A program made the position numbers and the translations under genes. A stretch of DNA of 32,000 nt from Mycobacterium helveticum (GTDB taxonomy: Bacteria; Actinomycetota; Actinomycetes; Mycobacteriales; Mycobacteriaceae). The stretch spans positions 1 through 32,000 of the forward strand of contig NZ_VMQU01000028.1 in assembly GCF_007714205.1 (NCBI RefSeq), given 5' to 3'. A model generated the notes under the pieces. That model saw nothing but the letters and a program-made list of their open reading frames with translations, was not told where the DNA came from and ran no database searches. Shown piece after piece: positions 1 to 7,766 of this stretch. Numbering within the stretch: position 1 is the stretch's first letter; each line of letters begins with the position of its first letter.

Positions 1-1
1 G

Positions 2-334
2 AGCGGGGCCGTTCCCATCACCAGATCATCGTCAACACCAATGACGCCATCATCATCATCGAAAGTGCCGCTCAACAACTGGGAATCGCAGTCGACGACG
101 ACCTCGGCATCACCGACCGGGCAGCGCTATATTCACCACCGCCAGCGCGGATCCCACATCCTGCTCTTCGTACGCGAGACGAAAAACAACGCGTTGGGCA
201 CGTCGCCGTACGTGTTTCTCGGCCCGGCCGACTACGTCTCCCACGAAGGGGAGCGGCCGATGGCGATTACCTGGCGACTGCGCCGGCCGATGCCGATGGA
301 GGTATTTATCGCTTCGCGGGCGGCTGTTGCGTGA
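2..334 (+). CDS. C-terminal end of a DUF3427-type domain protein (partial; 5' end lies outside the window)
   Basis: The frame is open from the window edge to TGA at 332-334. The tail HILLFVRETKNNALGTSPYVFLGPADYVSHEGERPMAITWRLRRPMP matches my recollection of the conserved C-terminal block of DUF3427 proteins. Those are usually the tail of large helicase/PLD-nuclease fusion proteins. Confidence 0.55.
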   Translation, partial: SGAVPITRSSSTPMTPSSSSKVPLNNWESQSTTTSASPTGQRYIHHRQRGSHILLFVRETKNNALGTSPYVFLGPADYVSHEGERPMAITWRLRRPMPMEVFIASRAAVA

Positions 335-368
335 TAGGTGTTCCGCTGAATCCCCTCGCCCCGAGGAA

Positions 369-390
369 GATGTCGACTCAATGCGACATC
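369..390. terminator. Stem-loop between convergent genes (GATGTCG-N8-CGACATC)
   Basis: Perfect 7-bp inverted repeat with an 8-nt loop in the 65-bp gap between two convergent stop codons. There is no clear U-tract. Confidence 0.3.
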
Positions 391-399
391 GCTTCACGT

Positions 400-1473
400 T
401 CACGCCCACGACAACGGAAAGCCGATGTCGAGCCGCTCGGTCTGTTTGTATCCCGACCACGTCGGCACGCCGGCCGGCTGCACCCGATAAATGCCGCGAG
501 CCGCGGAAACCATTCGGTCGCGCTGCGTCGGCCACTGAATCTCGGATGCGATCTGTTCCAGCACCTGGCGGTCACGTTCGAGTACCCGGTCCAGGATCGA
601 CACCGCGGGCAGCGCGCCACTTTTGTCGCCGTTGCAGCGAGCACACGCCAGCACCAGATTGGCCAGGCCGTCAATACCCGCCAATGACCACGGCAGCACA
701 TGATCGACCGGGTTGTTGACCGCCAGGTGTGTATTGCAGTAGAAGCAATGCGGGCCGAAGGCCTCCTTGAATGGCGCACGTACGGCGGCCAAGGCGGTCC
801 GCTCACGACCGAACAGATGACCTGCGACATCGGGGACCTGCTCGTAGAGGAACTTGTTCATCCGCCGCACATCGTCAACCCACATGATTTCCAGCGCGGG
901 TTTGAGCAGACCCGCCAGCCGGGCAAGGCTGTGTGCTACTCCGGGTTTGAGTTCGATGGCGTCGCCGTGTGCGCGCAGCGTCGACCGCGACACGTGGTCG
1001 TGCAGGAACGAGTCGTCGTACAGGAAAGGCTCACTCGTCGATGAGCCGGGCAGTTTCTGCAGCCGGTGCAACGGCTGCTGGGCCAGGCACAACGTGATCT
1101 GGTCGATGGCGCGCTGGTAGGCTGCGGGAGCGCGCAGCCCGGCGATGTCTACCGAAACGCTTGTGCGGCTGACCCCAGCCGCCGCACGTAACGCATTGGT
1201 GGCGATCAGGATTCGTGCGCGCGGCTGTGTGGATTGGCGCAGTTCGTGGCCGTCGAATGGGCGCACCTGCTGCCAGTAGATCTCCAGCACCCGGTGGGCC
1301 AGGTCGGGAATCGGCACCGGCAGAACATCGAAGGGCCGCTCGGGCATTTTCTCGATGCAGTGGTCGAGGAGTGCCATCAACGTGGCGAGTTTGTAGGTGG
1401 CCGTGCGTAGACCCGTCTCGAGGATTGCCACCACCCGCTGTCCGAGCAGAAGCGGATCGGCCCTGTCATCCAC
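400..1473 (-). CDS. HNH endonuclease with a large unassigned N-terminal domain
   Basis: Part of ORF 400..1707. The C-terminal HNH core reads CFYCN...VDHVLPW...NLVLACARCNGDKS. The 5' part of the ORF (1474-1707) has poor codon-3 GC and overlaps the divergent gene, so the start is placed at in-frame GTG 1473. ATG 1521 is an alternative. Confidence 0.8.
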   Translation of the reverse strand: MDDRADPLLLGQRVVAILETGLRTATYKLATLMALLDHCIEKMPERPFDVLPVPIPDLAHRVLEIYWQQVRPFDGHELRQSTQPRARILIATNALRAAAGVSRTSVSVDIAGLRAPAAYQRAIDQITLCLAQQPLHRLQKLPGSSTSEPFLYDDSFLHDHVSRSTLRAHGDAIELKPGVAHSLARLAGLLKPALEIMWVDDVRRMNKFLYEQVPDVAGHLFGRERTALAAVRAPFKEAFGPHCFYCNTHLAVNNPVDHVLPWSLAGIDGLANLVLACARCNGDKSGALPAVSILDRVLERDRQVLEQIASEIQWPTQRDRMVSAARGIYRVQPAGVPTWSGYKQTERLDIGFPLSWA

Positions 1474-1543
1474 GGCGCACCCGTGTTGTCGGCCCGGTGA
1501 GGTAGAACTGCACCGACGCATTATCGCCAGCGAAAGGGGCCGC

Positions 1544-1870
1544 GTGGGCAAACTCGTCCGGGACAAGATTCCCGACATCATTCGAGCCTCCGGACGCACG
1601 CCCCGGGTCACGACGTTGGCCGCCGGTACGTACCGGACCGCCCTGCACGAGAAGCTGCGCGAAGAGGTCGACGAACTGATCGCGGCGACGACAACCGAGT
1701 CCCTCATCGAAGAGGCCGCCGACGTGCTGGAAGTGCTTCAGGCCATCGCCGCCGAGCACGGCGTCACGCTCGCGGACATCGTCGACGCCGGAGACCGCAA
1801 GCGCGCTGAGGTCGGCGGGTTCGGGAAACGGCTGTGGCTGGACGGCGTGGACCCGTATCCGGCCGGTTAG
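1544..1870 (+). CDS. MazG-like nucleoside triphosphate pyrophosphohydrolase (short, ~108 aa)
   Basis: GTG 1544 is preceded by GAAAGGGG (1532-1539). VGKLVRDKIPDIIRASG...EEAADVLEVLQAIAAEHG...KRAEVGGF resembles the short MazG / phosphoribosyl-ATP-pyrophosphohydrolase-like family. The upstream part of track ORF 1397..1870 is Arg/Ser-rich junk. Confidence 0.8.
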   Translation: MGKLVRDKIPDIIRASGRTPRVTTLAAGTYRTALHEKLREEVDELIAATTTESLIEEAADVLEVLQAIAAEHGVTLADIVDAGDRKRAEVGGFGKRLWLDGVDPYPAG

Positions 1871-1881
1871 TTTGTCCCACA

Positions 1882-3417
1882 TCAGTTGTAGGCCGTACTT
1901 CCCCCGACCGCATGCGTCGTGCTGATGAGCTTGGCGATGCAGTGGTCCCGGTCCAGTGCTTGGGCCCTGCACCACGTCAGCGGACCGGCGGAGTCGGGAA
2001 ATGCCAAACCGACCACGGTGACCCAGAAGTCGGGCGCCGAAAAGGTCGACCAGTCACCCGACCACAGCAGCCGTACGTCGGGATAGCGCTGCCTGAGGTC
2101 CAGATGCTCCTGCAGCGTCATGGTGTTGTCCCACACCACACCCTGGTCGACGACGCCCGGACGTTTGGAGCTCAGTTGCGGCACCCAATACTCGGCTAGG
2201 GTGGCGGCCACGAATGGCCGGTCCTCATCGGCGATGTGGCGCAGCCGCTGCTCGGCGTCCGGCGGCGCGGAGATGGCCGTGCTTTGGGGATAGACCGGCT
2301 GCGTGGTCGAGGACGGCTCCGACTGATAGGTGAGCACGCTGGGCGGGGTATCGGCCAGTGTCGGCGACGGGGTGTCCGGCTCCTTGTTGCGGGTGGCGAC
2401 AACTGCGATCGTCAGCACCACGACGCCGACGAGCAAAAGTGCGGCGGCAGCAATCAACACCGGCAACACGTAGTTGCCACGGCTTTGCGTCGGCGGAACC
2501 GTCGGCGGAGGAGCGTATTGGGCGTTGAAGGGTGGGTAGCTAACCGGTCCCGCCACGTATCGGGGCGCCTCCATCGTGGGCGCACCGGCCGCCGACGCTC
2601 CCGCTGCGAGGGCATGCTTGGCGGCGCGGCCCAGCGCTCCGGCACTGCCGTAACGGTCATCGGGGTGTTTGGCCATGCCGCGGGCAACGACGTCGTCGAA
2701 CGATGCCGGAACGCGGGCATTGAGTGCGCTGGGCCGCGGCGGTGGGGACGACAGATGCGCCGCGATGACCTGGGCGCTGTGGCCCGCGAACGGTTTGTGG
2801 CCCGTCAACGCCTCGTGGAGAACGCAGGCCAGCGCATAGACATCGACCGCCGGTGTTGCCTCGGAGCCCCCGAACCGTTCCGGCGCCATGTAGTCGAAGC
2901 TGCCCACCTGATAGCCCGCCATCGTCAGGTGAGTGTCGCCCCTGGTCTCGGCGATACCGAAGTCCACCAGGTAGGCGAAGTCGTCCGGCGTGACGATGAT
3001 GTTCTGTGGTTTCACGTCGCGATGGATCAGTCCTTCGGCGTGGGCGGCATCGAGCGCGGCGGCGATCTGGCCGACGATGTCGGTGGCGCGCTGCGGGTCC
3101 AGGGCGCCTCTCTTGAGCATGTCGTGCAGGGTCTGGCCCCGGACCAGCCGCATGTCGATGTAGAGGACGTTGCCGATCTCGCCCCAGTCGTGGATCGGGA
3201 TGACATGCGGCTCCTGGAGGATGGCCGCGGCACGCGATTCGCGCAGGAAACGGGCACGGAATTTCTCGTCATCGGCATACTGCTCGTTGAGCAGCTTCAA
3301 CGCGACCGTTCTGCCCTTGTCGGTGTCGTAGGCCTCGTACACCTTGCCCATGCCGCCCGTACCGAGCAGTCGGACGACCTTATACTTGCCGAACATCCCT
3401 CCGACGAGCGACTTCAC
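1882..3417 (-). CDS. Transmembrane Hanks-type serine/threonine protein kinase
   Basis: Kinase motifs GTGGMGKVY, VALK, HRDVKPQNI, DFG and APE are present. There is a Pro-rich linker and a single hydrophobic helix VLPVLIAAAALLLVGVVVLTIAVV, then a ~150-aa C-terminal extracytoplasmic domain. Confidence 0.95.
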   Translation of the reverse strand: MKSLVGGMFGKYKVVRLLGTGGMGKVYEAYDTDKGRTVALKLLNEQYADDEKFRARFLRESRAAAILQEPHVIPIHDWGEIGNVLYIDMRLVRGQTLHDMLKRGALDPQRATDIVGQIAAALDAAHAEGLIHRDVKPQNIIVTPDDFAYLVDFGIAETRGDTHLTMAGYQVGSFDYMAPERFGGSEATPAVDVYALACVLHEALTGHKPFAGHSAQVIAAHLSSPPPRPSALNARVPASFDDVVARGMAKHPDDRYGSAGALGRAAKHALAAGASAAGAPTMEAPRYVAGPVSYPPFNAQYAPPPTVPPTQSRGNYVLPVLIAAAALLLVGVVVLTIAVVATRNKEPDTPSPTLADTPPSVLTYQSEPSSTTQPVYPQSTAISAPPDAEQRLRHIADEDRPFVAATLAEYWVPQLSSKRPGVVDQGVVWDNTMTLQEHLDLRQRYPDVRLLWSGDWSTFSAPDFWVTVVGLAFPDSAGPLTWCRAQALDRDHCIAKLISTTHAVGGSTAYN

Positions 3418-3519
3418 CGCATTCCCTGCTTCCTTTCGCCACGGTCAGTATCCGACGAGACGGCGGGCGGCGCAGGTGTTTGCCGGGGAAGCCCTATCGC
3501 GGGATGCGGTGCTGGCCGG

Positions 3520-4488
3520 CTACTCCTTCGGGCAACAGCCGACGTCGCAGAGCCGATCCAGCTGTGCCAGGAATTGGTGGGCTTCGCGGTAGGCGGTGGC
3601 CGTGGACGGCTTTTGGCAGGGCATCTTGCGCAGCACTGCCGCCGCCGTCCCGAGCCGCACCAGGACATCGCCGACGTCGGCTTCCGGAATGTCCACCACG
3701 GCGCCGCGGTAGTTGCTCAAGATGCACTGGATCGCCTTCGGCAACCGCCTGGCGTCCGGGGTGATGCCGTCGGCCAACAGGTAGGGCAGCTTCCAGGTGT
3801 GGGTGTCGTTCGCGGCGCCGACATAGGCGAAGCACTGCATGGCGAGCTTGTATTTCGGGTGCAGCTCAACGGCGGCGTCGAGATTCGCATCAGAACCGAC
3901 CTCGCTGTTGCGCATTGACAGCGCCCCGAGACCCACCGGCAGATCCGGGCGGAGCCGGTAGATGCCGTGAACCGACAACCACCACAGATCATCGGGGGCT
4001 TCCTCGGTGTCAAGCTGCAGCCAGACCCGCGGGCGCAGCCCGCCACCCACGACGTCGGCCGCGTACAGCATGATCGAGTCGCTCACCGCCACGGCCTTGA
4101 CACGCTGGTCGTCGGCATAAAGGCGGGCTTGGTTCAAGGCAGCGTCGATCGCCGTCTGGCGCCCGGTCAGCCAGCCGGGCCGTTTAACCTCGAGGACCAG
4201 GTACTTCAGCCCCAGCCGGGTCAGCACGATGTCGGCCCGTTCCACCTGAGGCCGGATGTTTTCTATCGGCCAGTCCAGGACGGTGGTGAAAAGGTTCTCC
4301 AAGATGTTCTCGGCGACCTTCTCGACGGGTTGCCCGCCTCCGCCTTGTCGCAGACGTCTTCGGCGCTCGGCGGCAAACGCCGGCCACGCCGCCCGTGCAC
4401 GTTCGGCGCACTTGCGGTAGGCGGCCAGGCTGCTGACCGAGCTGTTGGTGTCTGGCTGCGGTCTCTTCATCTTCACGGCATCGGACAC
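3520..4488 (-). CDS. PD-(D/E)XK-like (HsdR N-terminal-type) nuclease-fold protein with an unassigned C-terminal domain
   Basis: ENILENLFTTVLDWP...ERADIVL...KYLVLEVKRPG gives a D...ExK core like type I restriction R-subunit N-terminal domains. GTG 4488 lies 6 nt after TACCCT (TANNNT -10-like) and has no SD, which suggests a leaderless start. ATG 4470 is an alternative. Confidence 0.7.
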   Translation of the reverse strand: MSDAVKMKRPQPDTNSSVSSLAAYRKCAERARAAWPAFAAERRRRLRQGGGGQPVEKVAENILENLFTTVLDWPIENIRPQVERADIVLTRLGLKYLVLEVKRPGWLTGRQTAIDAALNQARLYADDQRVKAVAVSDSIMLYAADVVGGGLRPRVWLQLDTEEAPDDLWWLSVHGIYRLRPDLPVGLGALSMRNSEVGSDANLDAAVELHPKYKLAMQCFAYVGAANDTHTWKLPYLLADGITPDARRLPKAIQCILSNYRGAVVDIPEADVGDVLVRLGTAAAVLRKMPCQKPSTATAYREAHQFLAQLDRLCDVGCCPKE

Positions 4489-4619
4489 GCGTCGAGGGTA
4501 TGCAGCCTGCTTCCGTCAGGAAAGTGTTTTACCAAAGTAATTGCGGCACTGCACTTCGACGACGATTCGATGCGGCGGCGCCGGTGAGGCCGTTTGCCGT
4601 CGTCGTGTGGCGCTGCGGT

Positions 4620-4808
4620 GTCTTCATCGTCCTCGACCACCACGGGCGCGCCCCGGAGGCGATCACCGAGATCGCCGGGTTGATCGCCGAGGGCAAGCTC
4701 ACCCCGCTCGAGACCGTCGTCGAGGGCTTCAAGCAGTTGCCGACGCCGATCAACATGCTCTTCGACGGCGTCAACGTCGGCAAGCTCGTCGTCAAGGTAT
4801 CGGAGTAG
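4620..4808 (+). pseudogene. Relic 3' end (last ~61 codons) of an NADP-dependent oxidoreductase paralogous to gene 6753..7766
   Basis: FIVLDHHGRAPEAITEIAGLIAEGKLTPLETVVEGFKQLPTPINMLFDGVNVGKLVVKVSE aligns colinearly with the C-terminus of the 337-aa gene at 7581-7766. There is no matching 5' part. The upstream part of track ORF 4500..4808 is unrelated. Confidence 0.85.
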
Positions 4809-5011
4809 AGCGTGCTGGCCAGCGCCAACCGCATCTCCGCTGGCGCGCCGAACGTCAACTGGTGCCGAGTCCATCAGACACGCCCGCAGCCCGTTTCGCG
4901 ACCATTGTGATGGAATTTCCAGGACGCCTCGCGATAACGCATGGTCGCAACCGCTCACCCTGGCGCGGCTGTCGGAGCGGACACAGAGAGCTGCTTGGCA
5001 CCGCCCCATTA

Positions 5012-5028
5012 GTGCTACCCTGTAGCAC
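5012..5028. promoter_or_regulatory. Operator-like palindrome GTGCTAC-cct-GTAGCAC abutting the antitoxin start; embedded TACCCT -10-like hexamer
   Basis: 7-bp arms with a 3-nt spacer, ending 1 nt before ATG 5029. TACCCT (5016-5021) lies 7 nt upstream of the ATG and there is no SD, consistent with a leaderless, autoregulated TA promoter. Confidence 0.45.
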
Positions 5029-5298
5029 ATGGAGAGGATCGGTGTCCGCGAGCTTCGGCAGAACGCCAGCCGGTATCTGGCCAAGGTCACGTCGAGCGGA
5101 GACCCCATCGAAATCACCGAGCACGGACGTCCGATCGCCCGGCTCGTCCCCATCACCGACGAGCCCTGGGCGGACATGATTGCGGCCGGGGAGATCACCC
5201 CGGCGGCGCGCGGGGGAAACGTCCGGGACGTCGAACCGATAGCGAGCGACTTTGACGCCTCGCAAGCGCTCGCCGAGCTGCGAGCCGGGGAGCGATGA
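5029..5298 (+). CDS. Type II antitoxin, Phd/YefM family
   Basis: MERIGVRELRQNASRYLAKV...PIEITEHGRPIARLVP is the typical Phd/YefM N-terminus. The stop overlaps the next start in ATGA (5295-5298). Confidence 0.9.
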   Translation: MERIGVRELRQNASRYLAKVTSSGDPIEITEHGRPIARLVPITDEPWADMIAAGEITPAARGGNVRDVEPIASDFDASQALAELRAGER

Positions 5299-5690
5299 GG
5301 GCGTACCTCGACACCTCGGCGTTGGTCAAACTCGTTGTTTCCGAACGCGAATCGGCGGCCCTGCACGCGTACCTGCGTCGGGTCGGCGACGACACGCTGT
5401 TCACCGCGGCGCTTACCCGAACCGAGCTCGTCCGCGCCGTCCTCGGCGCCGGCATCGCGGCGGTAGCCCAGGCGCGTCGCATCCTGGACGAGCTCGACAC
5501 CGTCAACCTGACCCGCGGCCTGCTTGATGCCGCCGCTGATCTTCGCCCCGCCCGCTTGCGCACGCTTGATGCAATCCACCTCGCCGCCGCCCGGCGTGCC
5601 GGTGCGGAGCTGCGCGCCGTGGTTACCTATGACAACCGTATGGCTGGCGCAGCCGCCGACCTCGGTATTCCTGTCGAAGCGCCAGTGTAG
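5295..5690 (+). CDS. vapC: PIN-domain ribonuclease toxin VapC
   Basis: YLDTSALVKL, TELVR, LDAIHLAAA and VTYD supply the conserved acidic PIN residues. The gene is translationally coupled to the upstream antitoxin. Confidence 0.9.
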   Translation: MRAYLDTSALVKLVVSERESAALHAYLRRVGDDTLFTAALTRTELVRAVLGAGIAAVAQARRILDELDTVNLTRGLLDAAADLRPARLRTLDAIHLAAARRAGAELRAVVTYDNRMAGAAADLGIPVEAPV

Positions 5691-5864
5691 AGCCCACGGC
5701 GCCGACGGAGTCCTGCGGGCGCCGACTGGCTGGCCCAATCCCTGAGATGTACGCCGCCGGTGCTGCTCGCTGGTGGTCGTCGTCGAAAAGTCTTCGGAAG
5801 ACCAGTCGGCATCAGTACTCGTCCCAAGCTCTGTGCGGGGCGTCCCATTGCATACACAGACCCA

Positions 5865-5880
5865 TGCATGTATACATGCA
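5865..5880. promoter_or_regulatory. 16-bp perfect palindrome TGCATGTATACATGCA at the start of the second antitoxin gene
   Basis: Self-complementary and locally AT-rich. A related half-site TGCATACAC lies ~18 nt upstream. It overlaps candidate starts ATG 5868 and GTG 5883. Confidence 0.45.
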
Positions 5881-6128
5881 CTGTGGCGACCAAGACGATA
5901 TCGATCGATCTCGAGGCTTACGAACGCCTTCGGACCGCTCGGCGTTCGCCGAACGAATCGTTCTCTCATGTCATCAAGCGCGCGCACTGGCGCAACGAAA
6001 CCCGCACGGCAGCAGCGCTTCTCGATGCACTCGCCGGACTGCCGACGGTGAACGACGACGTTCTCGCGCGCCTGGACGAAGCGCAGCACGCGGACACGCC
6101 GCCGGATGACCAATGGCGCTCCGGCTGA
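5868..6128 (+). CDS. vapB: VapB-type antitoxin (DUF217/COG1753-like)
   Basis: ATKTISIDLEAYERLRTARRSPNESFSHVIKRA matches the putative-antitoxin DUF217 pattern. The 5' part of track ORF 5760..6128 is junk. The start is ATG 5868 or GTG 5883. It overlaps the downstream PIN gene by 16 nt. Confidence 0.8.
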   Translation: MYTCTVATKTISIDLEAYERLRTARRSPNESFSHVIKRAHWRNETRTAAALLDALAGLPTVNDDVLARLDEAQHADTPPDDQWRSG

Positions 6129-6517
6129 GCGTCGACACCACGTTCCTGATCGACCTTCAAAGGGAACGAGTCTCCGGTGGTGACGACGGCGCCGCGCACC
6201 GTTTCCTCAAACGGTCGCCAGACGCGGAGTTGTTCCTGTCGACGATCGCGCTGGGCGAGTTCGCTGAAGGATTCGACCAAGCTGAACACCCCACCGTCGC
6301 AGCCATGCGCGAAGGACACGTAGTCGTTCCGGTAGATGATCAAACCGCGTTTGTCTACGCCAGAGTGGCACGCGAACTACGTCGCCGCGGCGAACTGATC
6401 GGCACCAACGACCTCTGGATCGGTTGCACGAGCCTACGATTAGGGATCCCGGTGGTCACCGCGAACACGGCGGATTTCCGGCGTATCGATGGGCTGGGCA
6501 TCGTGGAATACCGCTGA
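6113..6517 (+). CDS. vapC: PIN-domain ribonuclease toxin VapC
   Basis: VDTTFLIDL, ALGEF, NDLWIGCTSL and VTANTADF show PIN-domain architecture. It is paired with the upstream antitoxin. Confidence 0.9.
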   Translation: MALRLSVDTTFLIDLQRERVSGGDDGAAHRFLKRSPDAELFLSTIALGEFAEGFDQAEHPTVAAMREGHVVVPVDDQTAFVYARVARELRRRGELIGTNDLWIGCTSLRLGIPVVTANTADFRRIDGLGIVEYR

Positions 6518-6752
6518 TAGCCTGTCGCGCGCGCCGGACCTGACTCGTGCAGGCGTGAACGGCGGCTGCCGCCGGGCGACATACCACGGTTATTCGGCGC
6601 AAAGTCTTTCTGCGCAGGGTATTTCGCGTCGCGAATGATCGTATGCCTGCACCGGCGGGCCTGCGGGACAGTTTCGACCGCTGTGTACGACGAACCCATA
6701 TGGCTCGGACGGACCCCTATGGCCCGCCGACGGCGTCCGGTAGCGTGCGCTC

Positions 6753-7766
6753 ATGGCCGAACGAAACCGTCGCTTCCTTCTCCGTCAGCGCCCCACCGGG
6801 CGCGTCGACGCGGACACCTTCGAGCTCAGCGAGGAGCCGGTGCCCCAGATCGGTGACGGCGAGGCGCTGGTGCGCGTCGACTGGATCTCGCTGGACCCGA
6901 CCAACCGCATGTGGATCAACGACACCCCGACCTACCTACCGCCGGTCGGCATCGGCGAGGTCATGCGCGGGCTCGGCCTGGGCGAGGTGATCGCGTCCAA
7001 CAGCCCGGACTATCGGGTCGGCCAGATGGTGCAGGGCCTGGTCGGCTGGCAGCAGTACGCGGTCGCCTCACCGACGGCGCCGCTGATGCCGGTCGAGGTC
7101 GCCGACGGTGTCTCGCCGAGCGCCTATCTCGGCGCGCTCGGGATGACCGGGCTCACGGCGTGGGTCGGGATGCGCGACATCGGCAAGCCGAAGCCGGGGG
7201 AGACTGTCGTGGTCTCGGCCGCGGCCGGCGCGGTCGGCTCGGTCGCCGGCCAACTCGCCAAGGCCGCCGGCGCGCGCGTCGTCGGGATCGCCGGCGGCCC
7301 CGACAAGTGCAAGCTGGTGACCGAGCGGCTCGGCTTCGACGCGGCCGTCGACCACCGCGCCGACGACTGGGCCGCCCAGCTCGCCGCGGCCACGCCCGAC
7401 GGCATCGATGTCGACTTCGAAAACGTGGGCGGCGACATCATGGACGCGATCTTCGCGCGCCTCAACATCGGTGCGCGGGTGGCTCTGTGCGGCATGATCT
7501 CCGGCTACAACGCGGCCGACCCGCCGCCCGGGCCGCGCGCGTTCGGCAACCTGCTCATCCAGCGCGCGACGGTGCAGGGCTTCATCGTCCTCGACCACTT
7601 CGGGCGTGCGCCGGAGGCGATCACCGAGATCGCCGGCCTGATCGCCGAGGGCAAACTCACCCCGCTCGAGACCGTCATCGAGGGCTTCGAGCAGTTGCCC
7701 ACGGCCATCAACATGCTCTTCGACGGCAAGAATGTCGGCAAGCTCGTCGTCAAGGTCTCCGGGTAG
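6753..7766 (+). CDS. NADP-dependent oxidoreductase, medium-chain reductase family (YncB/CurA/alkenal reductase-like)
   Basis: 337 aa. Rossmann motif VVVSAAAGAVGSVAGQLAK. The N-terminal RFLLRQRPTG...F and the C-terminal GKLVVKV are typical of this family. Confidence 0.9.
   Translation: MAERNRRFLLRQRPTGRVDADTFELSEEPVPQIGDGEALVRVDWISLDPTNRMWINDTPTYLPPVGIGEVMRGLGLGEVIASNSPDYRVGQMVQGLVGWQQYAVASPTAPLMPVEVADGVSPSAYLGALGMTGLTAWVGMRDIGKPKPGETVVVSAAAGAVGSVAGQLAKAAGARVVGIAGGPDKCKLVTERLGFDAAVDHRADDWAAQLAAATPDGIDVDFENVGGDIMDAIFARLNIGARVALCGMISGYNAADPPPGPRAFGNLLIQRATVQGFIVLDHFGRAPEAITEIAGLIAEGKLTPLETVIEGFEQLPTAINMLFDGKNVGKLVVKVSG

Noticed and set aside
4473-6113. Very long ORFs in the track, including 4473..6113 (-), 2236..3918 (+), 9702..11120 (+), 14218..15948 (+), 26991..29150 (+), 12036..13778 (-), 16492..17796 (-) and the first 1.5 kb of 19079..21373 (+).
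   Set aside because: They run antisense to, or out of frame with, genes that have clear family motifs. Their translations are Arg/Pro/Gly/Ala-rich low-complexity strings. Such shadow ORFs are expected in high-GC DNA because stop codons are rare.
6560-6574. Hairpin CGGCGG-ctg-CCGCCG after the second vapC, and the palindrome TTCGCG-t-CGCGAA (about 6624-6636) upstream of the oxidoreductase gene. Both were considered as a terminator and an operator.
   Set aside because: Short GC-rich palindromes of this size are frequent in this composition. There is no U-tract and no supporting repeat of the motif.
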